From assembly GCA_964459885.1 (NCBI GenBank), contig CAYWON010000011.1, positions 3,302-67,301 on the forward strand: a stretch of DNA of 64,000 nucleotides. Reading direction: 5' to 3'. This DNA is from an uncultured Archangium sp. Lineage in GTDB: Bacteria > Myxococcota > Myxococcia > Myxococcales > Myxococcaceae. The translations under genes and the position numbers were made by a program. This document shows positions 1 through 12,266 of the stretch, piece by piece. Numbering within the stretch: position 1 is the stretch's first letter; every line of letters starts with the position of its first letter. The notes beneath the pieces are model-generated. The model saw only the letters and a list, made by a program, of their open reading frames with translations. It did no database searches and was not told where the DNA came from.

Positions 1-2
1 CG

Positions 3-359
3 CCGCTGACGTGGTTGGCCTCGGCGCTGGTGCTCGCCGTGACCACGCTCGCCACCGTGCGCCGTCGCGAGCTCGAGTACGTCGTTTCTCTCGCTCTGCC
101 CGCAGTCTTCCTCATCGCGCCCGTCTCGTGGGAACACCACCTGGTGACGCTGTTGCCGGTCATCGCCGTGCTGGCCTTCTCGCGCACGCAGCGCGCGTTC
201 ACCGTCGCCGTCATCATCACCGCGCTCGTCCTCTCGCCCGAAGCGCTGCTGCCGCTCAAGGGCGTCGCGGTCATCGCGCTGTGGGGGCTCGCGCTCATCA
301 GGCCGCGTTTCTCAGCCCGCTTGGAGATTTCGAGTCAGTCACCAGCGGCTTTGCGGTAA
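3..359 (+). CDS. 3' end of a polytopic membrane protein gene entering from upstream (GT87/DUF2029-like glycosyltransferase, tentative)
   Basis: Frame is open from the window edge to TAA at 357-359. The product is hydrophobic and helical. The motif PVSWEHHLV resembles the SW.HH motif I associate with DUF2029/GT87 proteins. The listed TTG at 15 is probably internal. Confidence 0.45.
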   Translation, partial: PLTWLASALVLAVTTLATVRRRELEYVVSLALPAVFLIAPVSWEHHLVTLLPVIAVLAFSRTQRAFTVAVIITALVLSPEALLPLKGVAVIALWGLALIRPRFSARLEISSQSPAALR

Positions 360-372
360 GCCGCTCCTCGCC

Positions 373-1122
373 ATGGCGACCCCAGCGAAGACGGGCGGCT
401 ACAAGCGGATCCTCCTCAAGCTCTCGGGCGAAGCGCTGATGGGTGATGAGAAGTACGGCATCCACCCGCACACGCTGACCCGCATAGCCGGCGAGGTGAT
501 GGAGCTGCGCAACGCGGGCGTCGAGGTGGCCATTGTCATCGGCGGCGGCAACATCTTCCGCGGCGTGCAGGGCGCGACGACGGGCATGGACCGCGCGAGC
601 GCCGACTACATGGGCATGCTCGCGACCTGCATCAACTGCCTCGCGTTGCAGGACGCGCTTGAGAAGTCCGGCGGCAGCACGCGGGTGCTCTCGGCCATCA
701 AGATGGAGCAGATCGCCGAGCCGTACATCAGGCGGCGCGCGGTCAGACACCTCGAGAAGGGCCGCATCGTCATCTTCGCGGCGGGCACCGGTAACCCGTA
801 CTTCACGACCGACACGGCCGCGTCGCTGCGCGCGATGGAGATCAACGCCGAGGTCATCTTGAAGGCCACCAAGGTCGACGGCGTCTACGACTCGGACCCC
901 AAGAAGAACAAAGAGGCGCGTCGCTACCGCACGGTCACGTACATGGACGTGCTCAAGAACAACCTCAACGTGATGGACTCGACGGCCATCTCGCTGTGCA
1001 TGGACAACAAGCTGCCCATCGTCGTGTTCGACATGACGGCGCAGGGCAACATCGGCCGCGCGGTCCTCACCCCTGGCGACATCGGCACCGTCGTCGGCGC
1101 TGGCGAGACCGTGCTGGCCTGA
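373..1122 (+). CDS. pyrH: UMP kinase
   Basis: 249 aa. [12 protein letters not shown]...[13 protein letters not shown] and [12 protein letters not shown] are classic PyrH motifs. The conserved pyrH-frr pairing is present. Confidence 0.97.
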   Translation: MATPAKTGGYKRILLKLSGEALMGDEKYGIHPHTLTRIAGEVMELRNAGVEVAIVIGGGNIFRGVQGATTGMDRASADYMGMLATCINCLALQDALEKSGGSTRVLSAIKMEQIAEPYIRRRAVRHLEKGRIVIFAAGTGNPYFTTDTAASLRAMEINAEVILKATKVDGVYDSDPKKNKEARRYRTVTYMDVLKNNLNVMDSTAISLCMDNKLPIVVFDMTAQGNIGRAVLTPGDIGTVVGAGETVLA

Positions 1123-1161
1123 TCTCTCAACCCACCTCCAACCAGAGCAAAGGACACCACC

Positions 1162-1725
1162 ATGGCGGCGCATGACGATGCGGTGAAGAACCTCCAGGAC
1201 TCGGTCAAGAAGTCGATCGAAGCGCTCAAGCAGCACATGACGAAGATCCGCACGGGCCGCGCGAACGCCGCGATGCTCGATGGCGTGCGTGTGAACTTCT
1301 ACGGCACGCCGACGCCGCTCGCGCAGACCGCCGCGGTCGCCGTGCCCGAGCCGCGCCTCATCACGGTCAAGCCGTGGGACAAGAGCATCATCCGCGACAT
1401 CGAGAAGGCGCTGCTCGAGGCCAACCTGGGCCTCACGCCGCAGAACGACGGTGAGATCATCCGCCTGCCGATTCCTCCGCTGACCGAGCAGCGCCGCAAG
1501 GAGATCGCCAAGCAGGTCAAGTCGACCGGCGAAGATCACAAGGTGGCCATTCGCAAGGCGCGCCAGGAAGCCAACGACAAGATCAAGAACGCGCTGAAGG
1601 ACAAGGTCATCACCGAGGACGACAAGAAGCGCGCTGAAGAGAAGGTGCAGAAGGAGACCGACGCCGGCATCGCGCAGGTCGACGACGTGGTGGCGAAGAA
1701 GGAAAAGGAAGTGCTCGAGGTCTGA
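1162..1725 (+). CDS. frr: ribosome recycling factor
   Basis: 187 aa. Contains RTGRANAAMLD..V.FYG..TPL and IRLPIPPLTEERRKE-type motifs and lies directly downstream of pyrH. Confidence 0.97.
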   Translation: MAAHDDAVKNLQDSVKKSIEALKQHMTKIRTGRANAAMLDGVRVNFYGTPTPLAQTAAVAVPEPRLITVKPWDKSIIRDIEKALLEANLGLTPQNDGEIIRLPIPPLTEQRRKEIAKQVKSTGEDHKVAIRKARQEANDKIKNALKDKVITEDDKKRAEEKVQKETDAGIAQVDDVVAKKEKEVLEV

Positions 1726-1746
1726 GTCGTCAACCGGGGGACCGCC

Positions 1747-2721
1747 TTGGCCCAGCCGCGCATTCTCGTCGCCGAGCCATCGGCGCCCATCGCCGCCGCG
1801 TTCCGGAAGTTCCTCGTCGGCTGGGCTGACGTTCAGCTCGTGTCGTACTTCGACGAAGCGCTCCAGCTGGTGCGCGCGCGGCCGCCCGACGTCATCATCG
1901 CCGCCGTCGACGAGCGCTTCGACGGCGAGCTGATGGTGCCGCAGGTGCGCAAGCTCGCGCCCGAGACCGCCGTGGTGTTGTCGTACCCGTCGGCCGAGGT
2001 CGAGCGCGCGCACGATCGCGCCCGGGCCGTCGGCGCTGACGGCTTCGTCGTCGGCCCGCCCAAGAAGCACCACGTGCTGGGTGTCGTGCAGGCCGTCACG
2101 CGGCTCAACACGCTCGCCGCGCAGCTGCGCCAGCTTCAGGCCAAGTTCGCCGAGCTCAAGAGCGTCGCGCCGTCGTCGCGCATCAAGGCGCGGCGTTCAC
2201 CCGTCGGCGTCAACGCGCCCGACGAGGCCTTCTTCAAGAAGTACATGCTGCTCGAGGTCAAACGCAGCAAGCGCTACCACTACCCGGTGGCGCTCTTGCT
2301 GGTGTCGCTCGACAACCTCCGCGCCGCGCTCGGCGAGGCCGCGCCCGAGTTCCAGCTCGCGGCCATTCGCGCCGAGTCGCTCGAGGTGTTGTCGGCGTTG
2401 CTGCGCGACATCGACGTGGCGATGCCGTTCGGCGAAGACAAGTACCTGCTGTTCTTGCCGCACACGCCGCTCAAGGGCGCCACGGTGGTGGCCGAGCGCG
2501 TGGTGCAGAAGCTCAAAGCCCTCGAGACGTTCCCCAACGGCACCGTGTCGGTGGGTGTCGCCAGCCACGACCCCGGCGTCGCCAAGCGCGACCAGGTCAG
2601 CTTCGGCGGGCTGGTGCGCGAGGCCACCGACGCCATGAAGCGCGCTCAAGAAGCCGGCGGCGATCGCTTCGACGCGCCAGTGGTCGCCAAGCCCAAGAAG
2701 AACCGCATCTCGATGGGTTGA
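1747..2721 (+). CDS. response-regulator-like protein with a degenerate GGDEF domain
   Basis: 324 aa. N-terminal receiver-like fold (ILVAEPS...DVIIAAVD) lacks the usual DD acidic pair. The C-terminal GGDEF fold has RSKRYHYPVALLLVSLD and the signature position reads FGEDKY instead of GGDEF. Confidence 0.7.
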   Translation: MAQPRILVAEPSAPIAAAFRKFLVGWADVQLVSYFDEALQLVRARPPDVIIAAVDERFDGELMVPQVRKLAPETAVVLSYPSAEVERAHDRARAVGADGFVVGPPKKHHVLGVVQAVTRLNTLAAQLRQLQAKFAELKSVAPSSRIKARRSPVGVNAPDEAFFKKYMLLEVKRSKRYHYPVALLLVSLDNLRAALGEAAPEFQLAAIRAESLEVLSALLRDIDVAMPFGEDKYLLFLPHTPLKGATVVAERVVQKLKALETFPNGTVSVGVASHDPGVAKRDQVSFGGLVREATDAMKRAQEAGGDRFDAPVVAKPKKNRISMG

Positions 2722-2777
2722 ATAAAGAAGTGTGTGGCGGGCATGCGCGCGCTGGTTCCTGCGTTACCTGAGCCGCC

Positions 2778-3302
2778 ATGGTCTTCGAGCGGAGGGTGTC
2801 CGGAGCGTTTGTGACGAAGGTGTTTCGCGGCGCGTCGGGCACGCCGCTGGCACAGTCACTGCTTCGTGAAGGGCTTGATGTGACCAGCCCGTCAGCAGAT
2901 GTGCCGGTCGAAGCGTTCTCTCGTTGGTTGGGGCTGTACTCCTCGGCGCTGCGGCCGGAGCTGAACCGCGGCGAGGCCTTGCGCCGCTTCGGCTTCGAGC
3001 TGGTACGCGAGAAGTACGAAGGCGTGTCGTTGCGCGACGTGATGACGATGCTGCCGGAGCGCTTGCAGCACGTCGGCGCGTTCCTCGACGTGTCGATGAC
3101 GCAGGTGACGCCGCACCGCTACGTGGCGCACTTCGACGACGTGGGGTCGCTGCACACGTTCTTCCTCGGCATCTTCGAAGGCGCGACCTCGTCGACCGGC
3201 GTGCCGTCAGAGGTGCGCTGGAGCCCCGAAGGCCTGTCGGGCGCCCGCTACGAAGTGCGGGTTGAAGCGCCGGCGAGCTTGATGCCCTTCCACGCCGCGT
3301 AG
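2778..3302 (+). CDS. hypothetical protein, DUF2378/TIGR02265-like (myxobacterial paralogous family, tentative)
   Basis: 174 aa. Size and general pattern resemble the Myxococcus TIGR02265 family. This is recollection only, not an alignment. Confidence 0.5.
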   Translation: MVFERRVSGAFVTKVFRGASGTPLAQSLLREGLDVTSPSADVPVEAFSRWLGLYSSALRPELNRGEALRRFGFELVREKYEGVSLRDVMTMLPERLQHVGAFLDVSMTQVTPHRYVAHFDDVGSLHTFFLGIFEGATSSTGVPSEVRWSPEGLSGARYEVRVEAPASLMPFHAA

Positions 3303-3880
3303 GAGCGCATCAGCAGCGTCTTCTGCATCGACAGCGCCGAGACGCCCGCAGGTCCGGCGTGCGCGCTGCACACCGGCAGCTGAATCGTCCACGTGGTGGT
3401 GCGGCTGGCGACGCCGGGCATGCGCACGCTGGTGATCATGTCTTTCGGCGTCGTCGCCGTCGCTGGTTCAGCACAGCGCAGACAGCGGTGACCGAGCGCG
3501 GGCTGTGCGCCCACTTCGACCTCCAGCCCGTAGACCGCGTACGTGGCCACGAAGTCGCTCGGCGTCGCGTACATCTGGCCGTCCTTCACGTGCACGTAGT
3601 CCTGGCAGTGGTGACAGCGGAGCCCGTCGATGTCGCGCGGCACGCCGGTCAGCTCGCGTCGGCACAGCGGGCACGGGCCCTTGCCCGAGAACGCGCGGCT
3701 GGCGGCGAGCAGTGAGAGCCCCGCGATGCCAAAGACGGCGGCGCCGAGCCCGGCCATGAACCCGTGCGACCGCGCGAGCCACGCCAGCCCTGCGCTGAGT
3801 CCCAGCAGCACCAGACCGCCCACCAGCTTCTGGCGCGACGAGCCGGTGTCGATGTCCAACGGCACTCCGATGGCGCTCAT
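3248..3880 (-). CDS. hypothetical membrane protein with zinc-ribbon-like CxxC...CxxC
   Basis: 210 aa. Two predicted TM helices (LVLLGLSAGLAWL, LGAAVFGIAGLSLLAA) are followed by CPLCRREL...CHHCQ and a later CLRC. Confidence 0.55.
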   Translation of the reverse strand: MSAIGVPLDIDTGSSRQKLVGGLVLLGLSAGLAWLARSHGFMAGLGAAVFGIAGLSLLAASRAFSGKGPCPLCRRELTGVPRDIDGLRCHHCQDYVHVKDGQMYATPSDFVATYAVYGLEVEVGAQPALGHRCLRCAEPATATTPKDMITSVRMPGVASRTTTWTIQLPVCSAHAGPAGVSALSMQKTLLMRSYAAWKGIKLAGASTRTS

Positions 3881-3917
3881 GTCGCTTTGACACGCGGGCC
3901 CACCGCAGGGTGCAAAC

Positions 3918-4526
3918 TCACGGCTCGCACGGGAAGAACGACGCGTCGCCCAGCGTGCACAGGCCGTCCTTCGTGCGACTGACCTCGAGGTCTCCGAGCG
4001 CTCTGACGCGGCGGCCGTCGATCTCGAACTCCAGCGGCGCGCCGCGACCCGTGACGCGGTAGCGGCCAGACTTGAGCGCCCACCGTCGCTCGGCGTACGG
4101 CGGCACCACGTCGTCGTCGCCGCGCGTCACCTTGACCGGGTGCCAGATGGCCATCCACAGCGGGCCTTCCGAAAGCAGCGTGTGCGCTTCCTTGCAGAGG
4201 TCGCGCGTGGGGTTCCCCATCGGTGGTTCGCGCGGCCGACACGTGCCTTCGCAGCACGCGATGTCGTCGCGCAGCACGCCCGCCGGCGTGAAGGTCTTGA
4301 TGTGCGTGCAGAGGTCGCTGAGGTGCGCCTGCACGTAGGTGCCGCCGTCAAACGCGCCGACGACGTTGTGTTGGCAGCGCCCGGTGAGCATCCACAGCAG
4401 CTCGACGTCAGCGCGCGCCTTCAAGACCGCAAGGTCCGCAGCGGTGGGCGGCGGTGGTGGCAGCGGCGGTGGCTTCTTGCAGGCCGACGCGAGCACTCCG
4501 AGGAGCACCACCACGCCAGCGCGCAT
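3918..4526 (-). CDS. hypothetical lipoprotein
   Basis: 202 aa. Signal plus lipobox MRAGVVVLLGVLASAC, then a proline-rich linker. No domain recognised. Confidence 0.6.
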   Translation of the reverse strand: MRAGVVVLLGVLASACKKPPPLPPPPPTAADLAVLKARADVELLWMLTGRCQHNVVGAFDGGTYVQAHLSDLCTHIKTFTPAGVLRDDIACCEGTCRPREPPMGNPTRDLCKEAHTLLSEGPLWMAIWHPVKVTRGDDDVVPPYAERRWALKSGRYRVTGRGAPLEFEIDGRRVRALGDLEVSRTKDGLCTLGDASFFPCEP

Positions 4527-4530
4527 GGCT

Positions 4531-5904
<1,374 letters not shown>

Positions 5905-5965
5905 GCGGCGCCTTGTAGCGTGAAGTCTTCACCTCCGCCGCGCTTGTGGGGTTTGTTCCCCGGCC

Positions 5966-6844
5966 ATGAAATTCAGGGACGCTGCCCGGGCGCGCTCGGC
6001 GCTCACGTTGTTGTTGGTGGCCTCGGCGGCGCGCGTGGGGCTGTACCTGCTCGAGCAGCTCGTCAGCCGCCTCGCGCACGACGTCTACGGCTCGCCCACC
6101 GAGCTCGTCTTGCAGCTCTTCTGGGTCGGCCTCGCGGGCGTGACGGTGGTGGGGCTCATTCAGCTCTCGTCGGCGCTCGAAGACTCGCTACTGCCGGTGC
6201 TGACGGCGGCGCTGGTGTCCCTCAACGCCGTCGGTGACCTCGCCATCAGCGTGATGAGCGTCACCGGTAACCTCGGCATCTTCGGCGCGGGCAGCAGCGC
6301 GCTGTTCGGCATGTCGATGCTGTTCTCGCTCGTCGAGCGCGGGTTGTTGTTGTGGCTGTTGGTCAGCCTCGCCACGCCGCGCTTCTCGTGGACGATGCCG
6401 GTCGCTGCCGTGGTGATGCTGCTCTCGACAGTGCGCATGGCTTTCAGCTTCGCGATGTCGAGTGGCCTCGTGGACCCGCAGCAGCTCTACGCGTCCGGCG
6501 TGTATGGGCTGGTGACGGGGCTGGTGAGCTTCGGCAACGCGTTCGCGGTGCTGGCCATCACCTGGTTCGCGCGGCTCGCGGTGCTGGAAGCGGCGAGCGG
6601 TGCGCCCGCGGTGCCGCCGCGCGAGCAGGGGCTGCAGCCGACCACCGTGGTCGACGCGCCGGCCAGCCCCACCATGGACTTCGTCGCAGGCGGCGCGCTG
6701 CTGCTCATCGGCGTGGCCGTCACCGTCATCTCGGTGTCGGCCGCGTCGAACGGCGGTCGCTACGTGGTGGCGACGGGCGCCATCGGCGTGGGCATCGGCC
6801 GGTTGATTCGTGGCTTCATTCGCCTGGGAAAACAGGCCAGCTGA
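5966..6844 (+). CDS. hypothetical polytopic membrane protein
   Basis: 292 aa with about 7 hydrophobic segments and strong GC3. No recognised domain. Confidence 0.6.
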   Translation: MKFRDAARARSALTLLLVASAARVGLYLLEQLVSRLAHDVYGSPTELVLQLFWVGLAGVTVVGLIQLSSALEDSLLPVLTAALVSLNAVGDLAISVMSVTGNLGIFGAGSSALFGMSMLFSLVERGLLLWLLVSLATPRFSWTMPVAAVVMLLSTVRMAFSFAMSSGLVDPQQLYASGVYGLVTGLVSFGNAFAVLAITWFARLAVLEAASGAPAVPPREQGLQPTTVVDAPASPTMDFVAGGALLLIGVAVTVISVSAASNGGRYVVATGAIGVGIGRLIRGFIRLGKQAS

Positions 6845-6847
6845 CGG

Positions 6848-7225
6848 CTACGGCGCGAAGCACCAGAAGTCAGCGCGGTTCTCGCCTTCGGCCTGTGCGG
6901 GGCCCGGGCCCTGGCCGGTCGTCAACACCACCTCGACGCCTTCGGTCTTCACCGCCGCGTTGCCGCGCGGGTTCAGGTGCACCAGCCACGCACAGCCGAC
7001 GTCGCGCGCGCGCCGCAGGGCTTCGTTCACGATGGGCTCTGGCGCCGTGAGGTTGTTGTGAAAGACCTCGAGCCGACCCAGCGGCCGCGCGCCGGGCGGG
7101 AGATCTTTCTGCGCGATGATGAGGGCTTCCTGCTTCGCCGCTTTGGCTTCGAAGTCAGCTTCGTGCGCCACGAACCGCGAGGTGACGCAGCCTGAGAGCA
7201 GCAACATCACGAGGGCAGGGCGCAT
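6848..7225 (-). CDS. hypothetical lipoprotein
   Basis: 125 aa with signal/lipobox MRPALVMLLLSGC. Confidence 0.55.
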   Translation of the reverse strand: MRPALVMLLLSGCVTSRFVAHEADFEAKAAKQEALIIAQKDLPPGARPLGRLEVFHNNLTAPEPIVNEALRRARDVGCAWLVHLNPRGNAAVKTEGVEVVLTTGQGPGPAQAEGENRADFWCFAP

Positions 7226-7230
7226 GGTCT

Positions 7231-8814
7231 TCAGAACCGGAAGAGGATGAGGCCTTCGGGCGGCGACGGCTTCTTGTGGCCCACGTCGACCTCGCCGAAC
7301 GCGTTGACGGGGAACAGGCTCGCTTCACGCGGCGCGGTGTTCTTCGCGGGAGGCGGGCCCTTCGCTTTCTCCAGGTCTGCGCGCTCGAGCTCCTTGGCCG
7401 CGGCGGTCAGTGACGGGTCCAGCTCCTTCACCTTGAAGCCGGTGGCGTACGCGGCCTGCAGCTGCGCGGCGGCTTCCTTCTGGTGTCCACGCTTCGCTTC
7501 GACGAGCGCGAGGTCGTAGGCGGCGCGACCGCGCGTGCGCCACTCACCCGGCGCCGTGGCGAGGTCCAGCGCGCGCTCGAAGTACGCGGCGGCGGCGTCG
7601 ACCTCACCCTCGAGCCAGTGCGCCCAGCCCAGCCGCAGCAGGTGCTCGGCGCGCGGCGGCGTCAGGCGCGCCAGCGGCTCCAACGTCTCTTCGGCCTCGG
7701 CGAGGTTGCCGCCGTCGATGAGCCGGCTGCCCAACTCGAGCCGCGCTTCAGGGCTCGAAGGCGACAGCAGGAAGCCCTTCTTCGCCGCGGCGATGGCCTC
7801 GGTGTGCTTGCCCTGCCGCGCGAGCGCCTTGCTGAGCCGCCCGTGCGCCCACGACGACGCCGGCGCGACCGACAGGTAGCCCTGCCACGTCTTCTCGGCC
7901 TCGGCCCACGTGCCCAACGCAAACTGCGTGTCGCCGAGGTACGCGCGCGCGATGAGCTCGCCGGGGTGCCGCTTCACGACGTCTTGCAGGAACGCGACGC
8001 CGGCTTCGTTCGACTGGTAGCGCGTGAGCAACCAGAAGCGCGCCAGCGTGTAGATCTCGAGCACGTCGTCGGTGTCACCGAGCGAGGCGAGCGACTTCGC
8101 CGCCGCCGCGTCACCGCCGATGATGGCCTGACCCAGCGCCGAGACCGCCGCCGCGAAACGCAAGCCCGGGTCCAGCTCCAGCGCCTTCTGGCAGGCGGCC
8201 ACCGCGCGCTCCAGCTCGCCACCGTCGATGAGCGCGGGCGTGTCGACGGCCAGCGGCTGGCGCAGCACCACCGGGTAGCAGGCGCCGAGCTGCTGCAGCG
8301 CTTCTTCGTTCGTCGACGAGGGCTGCGCGTTCAGCTTCTTGGGCAGCGCGATGCCGGCGAGCGCGGTCTTCGCGAGCGCGACGGAGCCTTCGTCGAGCGC
8401 TTTGCTCCACGTCTTGGGCAACTTCGTGGTGAACGGCCTGGGCTTCTTGCCGTCGACGTACACGCCCGAGAGCACCAGCTGCTCACCCGACGCTTCGAGC
8501 GAGAAGGACACCGCGCGATCGGCGCCGACAGCGAGGCGCAGCGCGTCGGCGTTGCCGGCCTGCGAGAGGTCGGCCGAGAAGCCCTCCTCACCCATGGCGC
8601 GCAGCGTCTGCTTCAGGTGCAGCTCGCTGGCCTTGTTGGTCTGCTCGACCAGCTCTGACGCGCGCGCTTCCATCAACAAGGCCAGCTGCTGCAGCCTGAC
8701 GTCGCTCGAGCTGGGCGGAAAGAACGCAACCACTGGAGCCTTCGGAGCCGCGAGGGCCGAGAAGCCACACAACGCGACGAGCAGTGCAGGGCGCATGGCG
8801 GCGAACCTTGTCAC
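7231..8814 (-). CDS. TPR-repeat secreted protein
   Basis: 527 aa. Has an N-terminal signal peptide. The C-terminal half has repeated A..Y..AL.L.P TPR-like units. Confidence 0.8.
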   Translation of the reverse strand: MTRFAAMRPALLVALCGFSALAAPKAPVVAFFPPSSSDVRLQQLALLMEARASELVEQTNKASELHLKQTLRAMGEEGFSADLSQAGNADALRLAVGADRAVSFSLEASGEQLVLSGVYVDGKKPRPFTTKLPKTWSKALDEGSVALAKTALAGIALPKKLNAQPSSTNEEALQQLGACYPVVLRQPLAVDTPALIDGGELERAVAACQKALELDPGLRFAAAVSALGQAIIGGDAAAAKSLASLGDTDDVLEIYTLARFWLLTRYQSNEAGVAFLQDVVKRHPGELIARAYLGDTQFALGTWAEAEKTWQGYLSVAPASSWAHGRLSKALARQGKHTEAIAAAKKGFLLSPSSPEARLELGSRLIDGGNLAEAEETLEPLARLTPPRAEHLLRLGWAHWLEGEVDAAAAYFERALDLATAPGEWRTRGRAAYDLALVEAKRGHQKEAAAQLQAAYATGFKVKELDPSLTAAAKELERADLEKAKGPPPAKNTAPREASLFPVNAFGEVDVGHKKPSPPEGLILFRF

Positions 8815-8839
8815 AGCTTTTGGCTACGGTGCGCCGCGT

Positions 8840-9280
8840 ATGACGACCTCCGCGTTGCTCAAGAAGCTCTCGTACAAAGGGGGCGTGTGGTTCGCGCCCA
8901 ACGTGCCGACGAAGGTGAAGCCGTTGCTCAAGGGGCTCAAGCAGACCACGCGCGCGCCGAAGCAGCCCGACGCGTCGATCCTCTTCGCGGTCGACAGCAA
9001 AGAGCTCGCCCGCGTGTTCAAGAAGGTCGAAGGCAAGCTGCGCGGTGACCCGGTGCTGTGGGTCTGCTACCCGAAGGGGAGCTCGGGCGTGGAGACCGAC
9101 TTGAACCGCGACGTGCTGTGGCACGCGCTCTGGCCCAAAGGGCTGCGGCCGGTCTCGCAGATCTCCCTCGACGACACGTGGAGCGCGATGCGCTTTCGCC
9201 CGCAGGGCCTCGTGAAGTCGAAGCCCGGCGAAGGGCCGAGCGCTTTCGATCACCCGCCGGTAGACATCATCCCACGATGA
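8840..9280 (+). CDS. hypothetical protein (DUF3052-like, tentative)
   Basis: In-frame ATG at 8840 inside track ORF 8339..9280; upstream of it the frame is antisense to the TPR gene. The motif LWVCYPKGSSGVETDLNRD resembles DUF3052. Confidence 0.55.
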   Translation: MTTSALLKKLSYKGGVWFAPNVPTKVKPLLKGLKQTTRAPKQPDASILFAVDSKELARVFKKVEGKLRGDPVLWVCYPKGSSGVETDLNRDVLWHALWPKGLRPVSQISLDDTWSAMRFRPQGLVKSKPGEGPSAFDHPPVDIIPR

Positions 9281-9582
9281 CCTTCGCCTATTCCGTACAC
9301 GCCGAGTTCGACACGCCCGCTCTGTGCACCGAGTGGATGGACTGGTTGCTCCACGGCCACCTCGAAGACGTGGTGCGCGCCGGCGCGTTGTCGGCCGAGC
9401 TGGTGCAGTGGAACGAGACGCGCGCCGAGTCGCGCTACACGTTCAAGGACGCCGCCGCGTTCGCCACCTACGAGGCCACGCACGCGGTGAAGCTGCGCGC
9501 CGAAGGGCTCGCGAAGTTCCCGCCGTCGCGCGGCGTGCGCATGAGCCGTTCGACCGGGGAGCTCAAGGCGCGTCTGCCGTAG
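9277..9582 (+). CDS. hypothetical protein (DUF4286-like, tentative)
   Basis: ATG at 9277 overlaps the stop of the previous gene (ATGA coupling). The 101-aa product begins MTFAYSVHAEFD. Confidence 0.5.
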   Translation: MTFAYSVHAEFDTPALCTEWMDWLLHGHLEDVVRAGALSAELVQWNETRAESRYTFKDAAAFATYEATHAVKLRAEGLAKFPPSRGVRMSRSTGELKARLP

Positions 9583-9635
9583 TGCGTCATGCGTCGGTGG
9601 TGTCTTGCGCGGTGAAGCACGGCTATTGAAGCGCC

Positions 9636-10997
<1,362 letters not shown>

Positions 10998-11099
10998 CGC
11001 AGCGCGGTGTCACTGCAGCTGTGCCGTCGTTAGTCACCCTTTGTCTGATCGGACGTGGGTGTTAGTTGCGCCCCGAACATTTTCACGCAGAGGGAAGTC

Positions 11100-12167
11100 A
11101 TGGACATCCGCATCACGAAGACGAGCAGCCCCAAGGTGAAGCCGCCGGAAGCCGAGCTGGGCTTCGGGAAGTTCTTCACGGATCACCTCTTCGCGATGGA
11201 CTTCACGACCGAGCGGGGGTGGCACGACGCGCGCATCGAGCCGTACGCGCCGTTCCAGGTCGACCCGGCGGCCGGCGTGTTCCACTACGGCCAGGCGATG
11301 TTCGAGGGCAGCAAGGCGTTCCGTGGCGCTGACGGGCGCATTCGCCTGTTCCGCCCCGAGATGCACGCCAAGCGCATGGCCGTGGGCGCGCCGCGCCTGT
11401 GCATGGAAGCGCCGTCCGAAGCGCAGATGGAAGAAGCGGTGCGCGCGCTGGTGAAGGTCGAGGCCGACTGGGTGCCGAAGTCAGAGGGCACGTCGCTGTA
11501 CCTGCGCCCCACGCTCATCGCGACCGAGGGCTTCCTCGGCGTGCGGCCCTCGAAGCACTACCGCTACTTCGTCATCGCCTCGCCGGCCGGCAACTACTTC
11601 GGCGGCAAGGGCCTCAAGTCGGTGCGCATCTGGGTCGAGACCCACGACGTGCGCGCGCCGCGCGGTGGCCTCGGCGCGACCAAGGCTGGCGCCAACTACG
11701 CCGCGTCGCTGGCGTCGGCGATGAAGGCCAAGAAGGAAGGCTTCGACCAGGTGCTGTGGTTGGACGGCAAGGACCACGAGTACGTCGAAGAGGTGGGCAC
11801 GATGAACGTGTGCTTCCTCATCGGCAAGACGCTGGTGACGCCGCCGCTGAGCGACTCGATTCTGGCGGGCGTGACGCGCGACTCGGTGCTGACGCTGGCG
11901 CGCGGCATGGGGCTGACGGTCGAAGAGCGCCCGGTGTCCATCAAGGAGCTCAAGGCGGCGCATCAGTCGGGGCTCTTGACCGAGGTGTTCGGCACCGGCA
12001 CCGCGGCGGTCATCTCGCCGGTGGGTGAGCTGGCCTTCGTCGGCGAGAAGCTCATCATCAACGGCGGCGCGCCCGGGCCCATCGCGCAGGCGCTGTACGC
12101 CGAGGTCGGCGCGATTCAGCGCGGCTCGAAGCCCGACGTGCACAGGTGGCTCGTCGACGTCGACTGA
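11100..12167 (+). CDS. ilvE: branched-chain amino acid aminotransferase
   Basis: I chose the start MDIRITK at 11100. Motifs: FHYGQAMFEG.KAF, LYLRP, GATKAGANYA, EVGTMN. Confidence 0.93.
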   Translation: MDIRITKTSSPKVKPPEAELGFGKFFTDHLFAMDFTTERGWHDARIEPYAPFQVDPAAGVFHYGQAMFEGSKAFRGADGRIRLFRPEMHAKRMAVGAPRLCMEAPSEAQMEEAVRALVKVEADWVPKSEGTSLYLRPTLIATEGFLGVRPSKHYRYFVIASPAGNYFGGKGLKSVRIWVETHDVRAPRGGLGATKAGANYAASLASAMKAKKEGFDQVLWLDGKDHEYVEEVGTMNVCFLIGKTLVTPPLSDSILAGVTRDSVLTLARGMGLTVEERPVSIKELKAAHQSGLLTEVFGTGTAAVISPVGELAFVGEKLIINGGAPGPIAQALYAEVGAIQRGSKPDVHRWLVDVD

Positions 12168-12170
12168 ACC

Positions 12171-12203
12171 GGTTCGTTTGAGCACGAACCGTGCGGATTT
12201 TCT
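12171..12203 (+). terminator. possible intrinsic terminator after ilvE
   Basis: 7-bp perfect stem GGTTCGT/ACGAACC (12171-12177 and 12184-12190) with a 6-nt loop, 4 nt after the ilvE stop. Followed by GTGCGGATTTTCTG, a short T run. The stem is weak for a GC-rich genome. Confidence 0.3.
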
Positions 12204-12266
12204 GACGGGCCGTGCGGCACTCTGAGTGGACAACCGTGATGGGCGGGCGCACTTACGCGCTCGCCT

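Noticed and set aside
298-2073. 591-aa minus-strand ORF spanning pyrH and frr
   Set aside because: It is antisense to two unmistakable housekeeping genes. The product is Arg/Ala/Gly/His-rich and low in complexity, as expected for stop-free antisense frames in about 70% GC DNA.
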